A stretch of DNA of 64,000 bases from an uncultured Chloroflexia bacterium (GTDB taxonomy: Bacteria > Chloroflexota > Limnocylindria > Limnocylindrales > CSP1-4). This document shows, piece after piece, positions 46,006 to 57,193 of this stretch (the first letter of the stretch is position 1; each line of letters begins with the position of its first letter). The translations under genes were made by a program, and so were the position numbers. The notes below the pieces were generated by a model, which had not been told where the DNA came from, searched no databases, and worked only from the letters and a program-made list of their open reading frames with translations. The stretch lies in the NCBI GenBank assembly GCA_963763075.1, contig CAVXNF010000001.1, positions 216,862 through 280,861 of the forward strand, read 5' to 3'.

Positions 46006-47254
46006 GCCGGGTCGAGGTCCACGGTCGACATCGTCCGCAGCCCGTGCTCGGCGATCGCGCGGTTCACGGCCTCGGGCACCGGCTGGTAGCCGGGTGCGAA
46101 GCTCGCCGCGTCCGTGGCGAGGATGCGCATCGAGTGCGCCTGGAGCGCGAACCCGAGGTCCATCACCTCGATCTGGTGCCCGGTCGCCGCGCTGAGGTTG
46201 AGCATCTCGCCGCGGGCGAGGAGGTTGACCCGGCGCCCGTTCGCGAGGTCGAACGCCTCGACGTGGGTGTTGACCTGCTCGTGGCCGACGGCGATCTCGC
46301 GCAGCGCCGCGGTGTCGATCTCGGTGGAGAAGTGGCCCATGTTGCCGAGCATCGCGCCGTCCTTGAGCAGCGCCAGGTGCTCGCGGCGCAGGACGCCGGG
46401 GCGGCCCGTGACGGTGATCACGGTGTCCGCGCGGGCCGCGGCCTTCTCGATCGTCGTGACGAGCATCCCCTCGTACGCCGCCTCGAGCGCCCGCACCGGG
46501 TCGATCTCCACGACGAGCACGACCGCGCCCAGGGCACGCAGCGTCCGGGCGAGGCTCCGCCCGCACCAGCCGAAGCCGACGACCGCGAACGTCTTGCCGG
46601 CGACGAACGTGTTCGTGGCGCGGAAGAACCCGTCGACGGTGGCGGGGCCGATGCCGCGCTCGCTCTCGAACGAGAGCTTGATCGGCGAGTCGTTGATCAC
46701 GATGACCGGGTACGGGACGCGGCCGGCCAGCTCCCCGGTCAGGCGGAGGCGGCCCGAGGTCGTCTCCTCGGTCGCGGCGAAGACGCGTGACCCGCCGGCC
46801 TCCACCGTCCCGGCGATGAGGTCGGCGCCGTTGTCCAGCAGCATGTCCGGGTCGCTCGCGAGGACGCGCGCGATGTGCTCGTGGTGGGCTCCGCGTGTCG
46901 TCCGCCTTGCGTGGCGTAGATCCGGAGGTTCGGGCGGGCCGTCATCGCGGCCGCCACGCCGTCGTCGGTCGTCGAGGGGCTGCCGGTCCAGGCGATCTCG
47001 GCGCCGCCCGCGAGCAGCGTCTCGACGAGGACCGCCGTCTTCGCCTCGACGTGGAGGCACATCCCGATCCGGTGCCCGGCGAGCGGGCGCTCGCGCTCCA
47101 TCTCCGCGCGCAGCCGGCCGAGGACCGGCATGTGGGCGCGGGCCCAGGCGACCCGCCACTCGCCCTGGGCGGCGAGCGCGGGGTCCGCGACGAGGCTCGG
47201 CTCGAGGTCGTCGAAGGCGCGGGGGGCGGCGTCGGGGGCGGACGGGGTGGTCAT
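46002..47254 (-). CDS. ahcY: Adenosylhomocysteinase family protein (divergent)
   Basis: 'MCLHVEAKTAVL', 'EETTSG', 'VVGFGWCGR', 'EIDPVRALEA', 'NMGHF', 'NLSAATGH'; indel near 46900. Confidence 0.85.
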
Positions 47255-47345
47255 GAACGGCAGTCCTCCAAGCGCCGAGTATGCCGTTCGCGCTTGACGG
47301 GATTTCCCCTTGTCCCGGAGATTCATCGTCCGCACACCCGGAGAC

Positions 47346-48820
47346 ATGCGAGTGCCCACCATGCCGGTCGATCCGGCGGATGCCCGACACGCCACCCTCA
47401 CGAGGGAGGGCTACCTCGAAGCGGAGCTGGTGCGTGACGGCGACCGAGCCGTCGACCTCCGGTTCCTCGAGGCCAATCCTGCCGCCGCCGCGCTGTTCGG
47501 CGTGTCCCCGCTCGCCGGCCGCCGGCTGACCGAGCTCGCCTCGCCGCTCGAGGCGTCGTGGCTCGAGCAGTGGGACCGGGCCATCCGCACGGGCGAGCCG
47601 CAGCGCGCCGACCAGCCGTCCGCCGACGGCACCCGCTGGTTCGACTGCACCATCACCCCGATCGGCGGCGAGCGGGCAGCGATCGTGTTCCACGACGTCA
47701 CGGACCACCACGCCGTCGAGGCGGCGCTGCGCGAGCGGGAGGCGCGCCTGGCGCTCGCCCTCGACGTCGCGGAGCTCGGCACCTGGTCGTGGAACCTCGT
47801 GACGGGCGAAGGGGAGATGGACGCTGCGCGGTGCGGAGATCGTGGGCCTGCCGCCGGGCGACGTGGACGTGCAGGACGCGCAGCGCACGCTCGATCCACC
47901 CCGAGGATCTCGCGGCGGTGGAGCGGGACATCGGCGCCGGCGTCGCGGCCGGCGGCACGTTCGCGCTCGCCTACCGGGTCGTCTATCCGGACGGCTCCGT
48001 GCACCACGTGCTGTCGCGTGCCCGGGTGCTGACCGACCCGTCCGGCCGGCCGGTGCGCCTCATCGGGACCAACCGCGACGTCACGCCCGAGCGCGACCAC
48101 GAGCACGACCAGGCGGCCCAGCTCGAGCGCGAGCGTCGGGCCCGCGAGGCGGCCGAGGCGTTCCTCGCCGTCATGTCCCACGAGCTCCGGACGCCGATCA
48201 CGAGCATCTACGGGACCGCGACCGTCATCGCCCGCGACCCGCACCGGGAGGACGTCGGGGAGCTGGTGGCGGACATCGTCGACGAGGCGGAACGGCTGCG
48301 CCGGATCACCGACGACCTGCTGGTGCTGTCCGGTGTCGAACGCGGCCTGATCCAGCTCGCGCCCGAGCCCGTGATGCTCCAGCGTGCGCTCCGCGAGCCG
48401 ATCGCCGACGTCAGCCGCCGGTATCCCAACGCCACCTTCGACATCCAGGTGCCCGCGTCGCTGCCCGCGGTCGTCGCGGACACGACGGCGCTCCGGCAGG
48501 TGCTCTACAACCTGCTCAGCAACGCCGCCAAGTACGCCGGTGCCGAAGGGCCGATCACGGTCGAGGCGACGCCGGTCGGCGACGTCGTCGACGTGGCGGT
48601 CCTCGACCAGGGGCCCGGTCCGGGCGACGATCCCGCCGCCCTGTTCGCGCTGTTCTACCGCGCCCCGCACACCGCGAAGCGGGCATCGGGCACGGGGATC
48701 GGGCTGTATGTCTCGAGCCAGCTGCTCCAGGCGATGGGCTCGTCGATCTCGGCCGGGACCAACGGCGACCGCGGCGCCGCGTTCCGCTTCCGCCTGCCGC
48801 TCGCCCACGACGAGGGCTGA
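47346..48820 (+). CDS. PAS-domain sensor histidine kinase (no cognate regulator adjacent)
   Basis: Two PAS/PAC segments, 'SHELRTP', 'NLLSNAAKY', 'DQGPG', 'GTGIGL'; indels at ~47820-47900. Confidence 0.88.
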
Positions 48821-48871
48821 CGCGTCCGCGCACCGCGGCTCGCGCGGCACCGCCTCGGCGATACTCATCCG

Positions 48872-49732
48872 ATGCACACGCAGCGTCTGCCCGTCGCGCC
48901 GGGCGTCGAGCTGGCCGTCGACACGTGGGAGCCCGCGACGCCCCGCCGCGACGCGGTGCCGTTCGTGCTCGTCCACGGGCTCGCGTCGAACGCCCGGATG
49001 TGGGACGGCGTCGCGTGCGAGCTCAGCGACCGTGGCCACCTCGCCGTCACCGTCGACCTCCGCGGCCACGGCCGCTCCGCCAAGCCCGACGGCCCGTACG
49101 ACATGGCGACCGTCGCGGACGACGTGGCCGCGCTGATCCGCGAGCTCGGGCTCGACCGGCCGGTGGTCGCGGGCCAGTCGTGGGGCGGCAACGTCGTCCT
49201 GGAGCTCGCCCTCCGCAGCCCGGAGCTCGTGCGCGGGATCGTGTGCGTCGATGGTGGCTGGCTCGAGCCGTGCGCCGCGTTCCCCAGCTGGGAGGCGTGC
49301 CGCGAGACGCTCGCCCCGCCGCGGCTGGCCGGACTCCACCGCGAGGAGATCGAGGGCTACATCCGCTCGGCCCACGCCGACTGGCCGGAGACCGGCGTCC
49401 AGGGCGCGCTCGCGAACTTCGAGGTCCGCGACGACGGGACGATCGCCCCGTGGCTCACGTTCGACCGCCACATCGCGGTGCTCCAGGGCCTGTGGGACCA
49501 CCGGCCGTCCGAGATCTACGCCCGGGTCACGGTGCCGGTGCTGCTCGTTCCCGCGGACACCGGCGAGCTCGCCCGCGCCACCGACAAGCGCGAGGGCGTC
49601 GCGCAGGCGATGGCCGGCCTGCCCCACGTCCGGGAGCGCTGGTTCGTCGCCGACCACGACATCCACGCCCAGCACCCCGTCGAGCTGGCGGACGTGATGC
49701 TGGACCAGGTCGCGGACGGGTTCCTCGCATGA
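48872..49732 (+). CDS. Alpha/beta hydrolase
   Basis: 'LVHGL', 'DLRGHG', nucleophile 'GQSWGG', C-terminal His 'DHDIH'. Confidence 0.9.
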   Translation: MHTQRLPVAPGVELAVDTWEPATPRRDAVPFVLVHGLASNARMWDGVACELSDRGHLAVTVDLRGHGRSAKPDGPYDMATVADDVAALIRELGLDRPVVAGQSWGGNVVLELALRSPELVRGIVCVDGGWLEPCAAFPSWEACRETLAPPRLAGLHREEIEGYIRSAHADWPETGVQGALANFEVRDDGTIAPWLTFDRHIAVLQGLWDHRPSEIYARVTVPVLLVPADTGELARATDKREGVAQAMAGLPHVRERWFVADHDIHAQHPVELADVMLDQVADGFLA

Positions 49733-51047
49733 GCAGCCCCCGCGTCCTCGCCGTGATGGGGTCCGGCGAGACGGCGCCCACGATGGCCAAGGTCCACCGG
49801 GCGCTGTTCGACCGGTTCGAGGCGCGGACGGTGCCGGCGGCGATCGTCGACACCCCGTACGGCTTCCAGGAGAACGCGGACGAGCTCTCGGCCCGCACGC
49901 TGGAGTTCTTCGCGACCAGCGTCGGCAACCCGGTCGAGGTCGCCTCGTTCCGGTCCGCCGCCGAGGACGCCGTCACGGCCGCCACCGCGGTCGCCCGGCT
50001 CCGCGAGGCCCGCTATGTCATGGCCGGGCCCGGCAGCCCCAGCTACGCCCTGCGGCAATGGGCGGGGACGGGCATCCCCGACGCGCTCGGTGAGAAGCTC
50101 GCCGGGGGCGGGATCCTGACGATGGCGAGCGCGGCGGCGCTGACGCTGGGCGTCGTGACGATCCCGGTCTACGAGATCTACAAGGTCGGCGACGACCCGA
50201 CCTGGCTCGAGGGGCTGGACCTGCTGGGCACGGCGACCGGGCTGCGGGCCGCCGTCGTGCCCCACTACGACAACGCCGAGGGCGGCACCCACGACACCCG
50301 CTTCTGCTACATGGGCGAGCGCCGGCTGCGGACCCTCGAGGCGATGCTTCCCGACGGGGCGTTCGTGCTCGGCGTGGACAGCCACACCGCGCTCGTCCTG
50401 GACCTCGAGACCGGCGAGGCGAGCATCGCCGGCCTGGGCGGCGTCACGGTCCGCGTGGCCGGCCGCAGCACGCGGTTCGGGGCCGGCTCGGCGCTCTCGA
50501 TCGAGGCGCTGGGTGAGGCGGCGCGGGCCCTCGCGGCGGGCGACGCGACCGAGGCGGTCCACGACGCGGCGCTCGCGGGCAGCCCGGCGGAGACCGCGGG
50601 CGACGGCCGCCCCGCCACTGCGGGACGCGATGGCCGACCTCGAGGGCACGTTCGTCGCGCGCGCTCGAGCACGGCGAGACGCGCGAGGCCGTCGCGGCGC
50701 TGCTGGACCTCGACTCGGCGATCGCCGCCCGCCTCCGCCAGGGCGAGGACAGCCCCGACCTCGACAGCGCGAGCGCGATGTTCCGGTCGCTCATCGTGCG
50801 GCTCGGCGACGGCGCCGCGGCGGGAGCGGAGACGCAGGTGATCGACGAGCTCGTCGGCGGGCTCGTCGAGGCGCGCGACACCGCCCGGGCGAACCGCGAC
50901 TTCGCGACCGCCGACCGGATCCGCGACCGCCTGGCCGCGGCCGGGGTGGAGGTGCGTGACGGGTCCGGCGGGTCGACCTGGGTGCTCGCCGACGGGCGGC
51001 AGGGCGGGGACGTGGTCAGCGAGGACGCCGCCGGGGCGCGAACGTGA
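49729..51047 (+). CDS. Peptidase S51/cyanophycinase-like domain followed by a CysRS C-terminal-like domain, frameshifted
   Basis: 'MGSGE', 'GPGSP', 'ASAAA', 'EGLDLL', 'VVPHYD'; distal '[33 protein letters not shown]'. Confidence 0.7.
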
Positions 51048-51993
51048 CGACGAGCGCGACGGCCAGCACGAGGCCCTTGACGAGGTCCTGCGCGTAGTAC
51101 GGCAGGTTGGCCATCGTCAGCCCGTTGAGCAGGATCCCCACGAACACGGCACCCAGCGCGGTCCCGACCGCGCTCGGCCGGTTGGTGCCGAACGCCGCCA
51201 GGCCGATGAGCGCCGCCGCCACCGCGTCGAGCAGGTAGGCGCCGCCCGCGTTCACGTCGCCCCGGCCGACCTGCGACGCGAGGACGACGCCGCCGAGCGC
51301 GGCCAGGACGCCCGAGACCAGGTACGCCGTGGCACGTGACCGGCCCACGCCGATCCCCGCGAGGTGCGAGACCTCGGCGTTGGCGCCGACCGCCTCGAGC
51401 TGGCGCCCGTAGCGCGTCGCCGTGAGGAACAGCTGGAGCGCGATCACGACGCCCGCGGTGAGGAGCACCGGCGCCGGGACGGGGCCCAGCACGCCGCGGC
51501 CGATGGCGAGGAACTCCGGCGTGAACACGCCGGTCGCCGCGGTGGCGTCCGGCAGGCGGAACCCGGTCGCGACCGAGCGGCCCCCGGTGATGACGAGCTG
51601 GAAGCCCTGGATGACGAACAGCGTCGCGAGCGTCGCCAGCAGGTCCGGGATCCCGAAGCGGACGATCAGGAGCACGTTGAGCGACCCGACGAGGAACCCG
51701 CCGATGAGGGCGATCGCGATCGCCGACGGCGCATCGAGCCGGAAGATCACGAGGCTGATCGCCGACAGCATCATCGCCAGGCCCGCGTTCGCCCCGACCG
51801 AGAGGTCGAACCCGGCGACGACGAGGCTGATCGTCACGGCGCAGGCGATGATCGTGACGATCGAGATGCCGCGCAGGATGGCGAACCCGTTCGCGACCGA
51901 GGCGAACGCCGGCTGGGTCAGCGTGAAGAACACGATCAGCCCGAGGATGAGCGCGAACAGCCAGCCGCGGCGGACCAGCTCGCCGGCCGTCAT
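51016..51993 (-). CDS. Monosaccharide (CUT2) ABC permease
   Basis: 'GFDLSVG', 'IPDLLATL', 'TRYGR..AVGAN..S.LAGI', '[12 protein letters not shown]'. Confidence 0.92.
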   Translation of the reverse strand: MTAGELVRRGWLFALILGLIVFFTLTQPAFASVANGFAILRGISIVTIIACAVTISLVVAGFDLSVGANAGLAMMLSAISLVIFRLDAPSAIAIALIGGFLVGSLNVLLIVRFGIPDLLATLATLFVIQGFQLVITGGRSVATGFRLPDATAATGVFTPEFLAIGRGVLGPVPAPVLLTAGVVIALQLFLTATRYGRQLEAVGANAEVSHLAGIGVGRSRATAYLVSGVLAALGGVVLASQVGRGDVNAGGAYLLDAVAAALIGLAAFGTNRPSAVGTALGAVFVGILLNGLTMANLPYYAQDLVKGLVLAVALVVTFAPRRRPR

Positions 51994-53604
51994 GCCGCCG
52001 TCTCCACGCCACCCGCCGCGAGGTGCACGAGGCGCTCACGGTCGGCGCCGGCCATGGGGCCGTCGTACACGACCGCGCCGTCGTGGAGCACGACGATCCG
52101 GTCGGCGAGCTCCAGCAGCTCGTCGATGTCGGCCGAGGCGACGAGCGTCGCCCGGCCCTCGCGGCTCGCCCGCAGGCGGCGGCCGATGTCGGCCCGCGCG
52201 CCGAGGTCGACGCCGCGGAACGGCTCGTCGAGGAGCAGCAGGCGCGCCGACGGCCCGAGCCACCGCGCGACCACCACCTTCTGCTGGTTGCCGCCCGACA
52301 GCGAGCGAAGCGGGGCGGCCGGTCCCGCGGCGACGATGCCGAGGTCGCCGATCGCCGCGGTGGCACGGCGTCGCTCGGCGCGTGGGTCGAGGAACCCACG
52401 CCGGCCGACCAGCCGCAGGAACGGGAGGCTCAGGTTGGCCGCGATCGACCACTCGGGCAGCACGGCCTGCGCGGCGCGGTCCTCGGGGACGAGGTGGACG
52501 CCGCGGTCGATCGCCTCGCGCGGGGAGCGGGCGGCGAGCGGGCGTCCGCCGAGCAACGCCTCGCCGCCGGCGAACGGCCGGACGCCGAACAGCGCCTCGA
52601 GGAGCGACGTCTTGCCGGCCCCGACGAGCCCGAACAGCGCGACGATCTCGCCCTCGCCCACGACGAGGTCGAGCGGCGTGCCGGCCGGTCCGGGTCCGCA
52701 CGCCGCGCAGGACGAGGACCGGCGGCCGGCCGTCGGGGGTCACGAGGTCCGGGGCGCTCGAGGCCGGGAGGCGGGTCGTCGATGGCGTGGGCTCGGGCTG
52801 CACGACGGTCGTGGCCTCGGACGCCGGCCGGAGCGCCGTGCCGAGGATCGCCGCGCCGATCTCGCGGGCGGAGGTGGTCCCGCTGAACTCGCGCACGAGG
52901 CGGCCGTCGCGCAGCACGCCGACGCGCGCCGCGAGACCCGCGACCTCCGGCAGCCGGTGCGAGACGTAGAGCACGCCCACGCCGAGCCCGATCATGCGCC
53001 GGATCGTCGCGAACAGGCGCTGGGTCTCGCGATCGGACAGCGCCGAGGTGGGCTCGTCGAGGACGAGGACCCGAGGCTCGCTCGCGAGGGCACGCGCGAG
53101 GACGATCTGCTGGCGATCGCTGGAGCCCAGCCGGTCGACGGGCGCGTCGAGCGGCAGGTCGAGGCCGGCGCGGTCCGCGATGACCCGCGCCCGCGCCGTC
53201 ACCTCCCGCGGCCGGTACAGCGGGCCGGTCGAGCGGCTGCCGAGCAGGTCGAGGGCGAGGTTCTCCGCGACGGAGTGGCCGGGCAGGATCCCGGCGTCGA
53301 TCTGCTGGTGGACGGTCGCGATCCCGGCCTGCAGGGCGACGAGCGGGCTGCCGAGCCGGAGCGGCACGCCCGCGACCCGCACCTCGCCCGCGTCGGGCAC
53401 CACGGCGCCGGCGAGGATCCGGATGAGCGTGGACTTGCCGGCGCCGTTGGCGCCGACGAGCCCGTAGACCTCCCCGGCCCGCAGCTCGAGGTCGACCCCG
53501 GCCAGCGCCTGGGTCGCGGCGTAGTGCTTGTGCAGGCCGTGGAGCGTGACCACGGCCCCGGACGCCGCGGGGTGGTCCGCGGCGTCCGGGTGGCCGGAGG
53601 TCAC
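51990..53604 (-). CDS. CUT2 ABC ATP-binding protein (two NBDs), one frameshift
   Basis: 'GANGAGKST', 'LDEPT', 'LSGGNQQK', 'DEPFRGVD'. Confidence 0.92.
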
Positions 53605-54742
53605 TGGCCGAGCGACTCGAACCAGGGCGCCGTCACGAGCTCCGGCGTGTCGAGCGCGGGCAGCTGCTGGCCGAGCTCCTCGATCGTGGTGATCGAGTTG
53701 TCGCGCAGGAACTGCTGGGTGATGAGCGCGGGGTTGACGACGATCTGGGGATCGACCGTCTCGCCTGCGGCAACAGGGCGGCGGCGCGGACCGCGACCCG
53801 GCCCACGTTGCCCGGATCGGTGCCGGCGGTCGCGACCCACGGGCTGTTCTCCGCGGTGAGCACCGCGATGTCGGCCGTGGAGATGTCGGCGCCGTACACC
53901 TTGACCGAGTCCTGGAGCCCGGCTGCCTCGACGGCGAGGACGGCGCCCTTGGCGAACTCGTCGTACGGGGCGAAGATCGCCTTGATGCCCGGGTTGGCCG
54001 TGAGGACGGCCGCGGCCTGGGTCTGGACCTCGGCGGCGGTGGAGTCGCTCACGGTGCCGAACGTCGCGACGTTCTTGAGGCCCGGGTTCGCGGCGAGCAC
54101 CTCCTCGAACACCTCGTTGCGGCGGTCGAGCGGCGCGAAGCCGGCGACGTACACGTAGGCGATGTCACCCTCGCCGCCGGTGTCGGTCAGGAGCTGGTCG
54201 AGGGCCAGCTGGGCGAGCTGGGCGTCCGACTGCTCGATCTGCGGGACCTTGGGGTTGTTCGCGTTGGCGTCGAACGCGACGACCGGGATGTTGGCGGCGA
54301 GCGCCTTCTCGATGCCCGGCGTCAGGGTCTCGGTCTGGCCGTGGTCGATGATGATCGCCTTGACGCCCTGGTTGATCGCGGTCTCGAGGTTGGTCGCCTG
54401 GGCGGCGTTGTCGCCGCGGGCGTCCGAGGTGAGGAGCTCGATGCCCAGCTTCTCGGCCTGCGCCTCGGCGCCGGCGAGCCACTGCTCGAAGTAGTCGCCC
54501 GAGCCGAGCTGGCGGACGAGCGCGACCTGGACGGGCGGGGCGTCGAACGGCGCGGGAACGGCGGCGCCGGCGGATGCCGACTCGCTGGCCGCGGCCGACT
54601 CGCTGGCGGCGGCCGAGGGGGCCTCGCTCGCGGCGGAGGCGCTCGGGCTTGCGGTGCCGCCCTGCGAGCAGGCGGCGACGAACAAGGAGAGTGCGGTGAG
54701 GCTCGCGAAGGCGAGCCTCCGAGGTGTGCGGGACGTGGTCAT
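53601..54742 (-). CDS. CUT2 substrate-binding lipoprotein (probably methylthioribose)
   Basis: Lipobox 'FVAAC', Ser/Ala linker, RbsB-like motifs 'IPVVAFD', 'FAPYDEFAKG'; co-oriented with mtnK. Confidence 0.85.
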
Positions 54743-54889
54743 GGGATGGGACTCCTGGTCGATGTGTCGGGAAGGCGCCCGGTCGGGCCGGGCATGGCGG
54801 GGACGCGAGGCCGGCCGGGTCGGTGCTCCGTCAGGAGGACCGCGGTCGCACTCGCCGGGTACACCGCATCGGGACCCGCGCACGCCGGG

Positions 54890-56110
54890 TCACCGGGACG
54901 CCGCCGTGGGCTCGCGGAGCTCGTCCTGGACGATGGTCCAGAGGTCGGTCGGGCCGTCGATCGCCGCCCGCTCCAGGACGAACCGGCGGCCGAAGCGGAG
55001 CACGGCGGCCGCGGCGACGGACCGGTCCGGCTCGTCGAGCGTCTCGATGTCGCTCACGTGGGCGAACCCGATCATCCGGCGGATCGCCTTGGTCCCGGCG
55101 AAGCCCACGGCGTCGCGCCAGACGTCCCGCACCCATGCCTCGCGGAACCCGTCGTCGAGGAACGGGTCGGCCCGCTCGGGCCACAGGCGGGCGAGCTCCA
55201 TCCGGAACGCGTCCCACGAGGCGCGGACGATCGAGGCGAGGTGCGCGCGGAACGGCTCCGGGCGGCCGAGGCGGGCGGCGCGGGCATCGGCGATCGCCGC
55301 GTTGGCCCACAGGGCGCCGAGGTCGAACGCGACCGGCCCGTAGAACGCGAACTCGGGGTCGATCACGACCGTCCGGCCGCCGCCGACCATCACCGAGCCC
55401 GTGTGGAGGTCGCCGTGGATGAGCGCCTCGGCGTGGGTCCGGAACACGTGCTTGAGGAGGCCGACCTCGCGCCGCAGCCCCGCGTCGGCGCGCAGCTCCG
55501 CGACGAGCCCGTCGAGCGGCGGGTGGTGCCAGTTGTGCTCGTGCTCGAGGTACGGCTCGGTGAGGACCAGGTCCTCGGTGATCCGGCACAGCTCCGGGTT
55601 GCTCGAGGCCACGAGGCGCGCCTTGCGCTCCTCCGGCTGGAGCCCGAAGTCCGAGGTCCAGAACGCGACCCGCGCGACGAACCGCCGATCGTGCCCGCCG
55701 CGCCCTGGTGGATCTCGCCGTCGTTGAGCGCGCCGCGCCACACGCGCAGGTCGCCGAGGTCCTCGAGCGCGATGACGTAGCGGGCCTCGTCGAAGCCGAG
55801 ATAGGCCGGCAGCGCCTCGCCCGCGACCGGCGTGTACGCCTCGTAGGCATGCGCCTCGCTGACCGCCCGCTCCACGGTGAGCGGCCACCCCTCGCCGAAC
55901 ACCCGCACCCACGGCAGCGACTGCTTGAGCACGATGCCCGGCACGTCGGGCTCGGCCGCCGAGCGCACGATGAACACGAGGTTGAGGTTCCCGTCCCCCA
56001 CCTCGCGCACCGTCAGCGGGCCGGCGGGCAGCCGCGCACGCAGGTCAGGGCGACCGTCGAGGTACGCCTCGACGGCACCCGCCTCGAGCGGCTCGTAGCC
56101 GTCCGGGACG
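54890..56110 (-). CDS. mtnK: 5-methylthioribose kinase (start approximate)
   Basis: 'EVGDGNLNLVF', 'KQSLPWVR..GEGWPL', 'NPELCRITEDLV', 'LIHGDLHTGS', 'IDPEFAFYGP', 'RRMIGFAHV'. Confidence 0.93.
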
Positions 56111-56111
56111 G

Positions 56112-56546
56112 TCAGTCGATCCACACCCGGTCCTGGTTGTCGGGATCGTCGATCGGCGACGAGATGAACAGCACCTGGGGCGGCGTGTCGAACTGGCCGC
56201 CGTGGGGCGTGTTGGCCGGGATGACCCAGACGTCGCCCTGCTTGACCGGCCGGGTCACGCCACCGACGGTGACCGAGCCGCTGCCCTCGAGCACGTAGCC
56301 GATCTCGTCGTGGGTGACGTGGACGTGGCTGCGGAACGGCCCCGCGTGGCCCTGGAACACGAACACGCTGGACTGGGTGCCGTGCCCGATGTAGGTCCGC
56401 CTGAACACGTCGGCGTCGGTCAGCTTGTCCGCCTCGACCGCCCTGGCGACGTCGACGAAGTCGACCTTCGTCAACGGGAGCGCCTGCTGGCAGGTGGGGC
56501 ACAGGTGGCGGTGCTCGGCGTCCTCGCCGTCGTGGCCGTGGGTCAT
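56112..56546 (-). CDS. Cupin-domain protein with N-terminal His/CxxC segment
   Basis: 'HVH..HDE..YVLEG.G', 'GDVWVIPANTPHG'; N-terminal 'HRHLCPTC'. Confidence 0.85.
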   Translation of the reverse strand: MTHGHDGEDAEHRHLCPTCQQALPLTKVDFVDVARAVEADKLTDADVFRRTYIGHGTQSSVFVFQGHAGPFRSHVHVTHDEIGYVLEGSGSVTVGGVTRPVKQGDVWVIPANTPHGGQFDTPPQVLFISSPIDDPDNQDRVWID

Positions 56547-56550
56547 GGGA

Positions 56551-57193
56551 TCAGTCCTCCCGCTGGTGGCCGCGACGCGCGACCGTGGCTTCGAACAGGA
56601 AGTGGTAGACCTCGGTGTGGCGCTTCGCGTCCCATACCCCGTCGCCCCAGATGTAGGCGCCGTGGTCGCGGACGAGGACGGCGCACGCCGTGGCGAACCG
56701 CGGGTCCTCGAACACCGCGGTCAGCTGCTCCACGAGCTCCGCCTCGCGCGGCGTGTTCCGGATCACCGGCACGAGGTGGACGTCCTGGTTGCCCACGCCC
56801 GGGATGCCCTTGAGCATCTCCAGGTCGCGGATCTCGAGGTGGTCGCCGCGGTTGGTCACGAGGTCCGCCGCGAGGACCGCGGTGAGGGCATGCGAGTGGA
56901 CGACGCTCCACGCGGCGCGCTTCCGATGCGTCAGGCCGAAGATCGCGTTGCACTCGCTGGGGCGGAGGCTCGGGTCGTCGGCCGGCCGGATGACGTGCCC
57001 GTCCTGCGGGTCGACGACGAAGAACTCGCTCGGGCCGGACGCGCTCCTTGAGGACGCCGGTCGGGGCGAGGAGCAGGCCGCCGTCGTCGGCCGGGCCGCA
57101 GATCCCGCCGCCCGTGCCGGAGACCCAGCCGCGGCCGTGGAACTCCCGGAGGAGCTCGACGAGGATCTCGCGGGTCTGCTGCTCGCCGGTCAT
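56551..57193 (-). CDS. mtnB: Methylthioribulose-1-phosphate dehydratase, frameshifted
   Basis: '[10 protein letters not shown]', 'APTGVLKER', 'PSEC', 'VVHSH', 'EMLKGI', 'VPVIRNTP', 'VLVRDHG.YIWG'. Confidence 0.85.
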
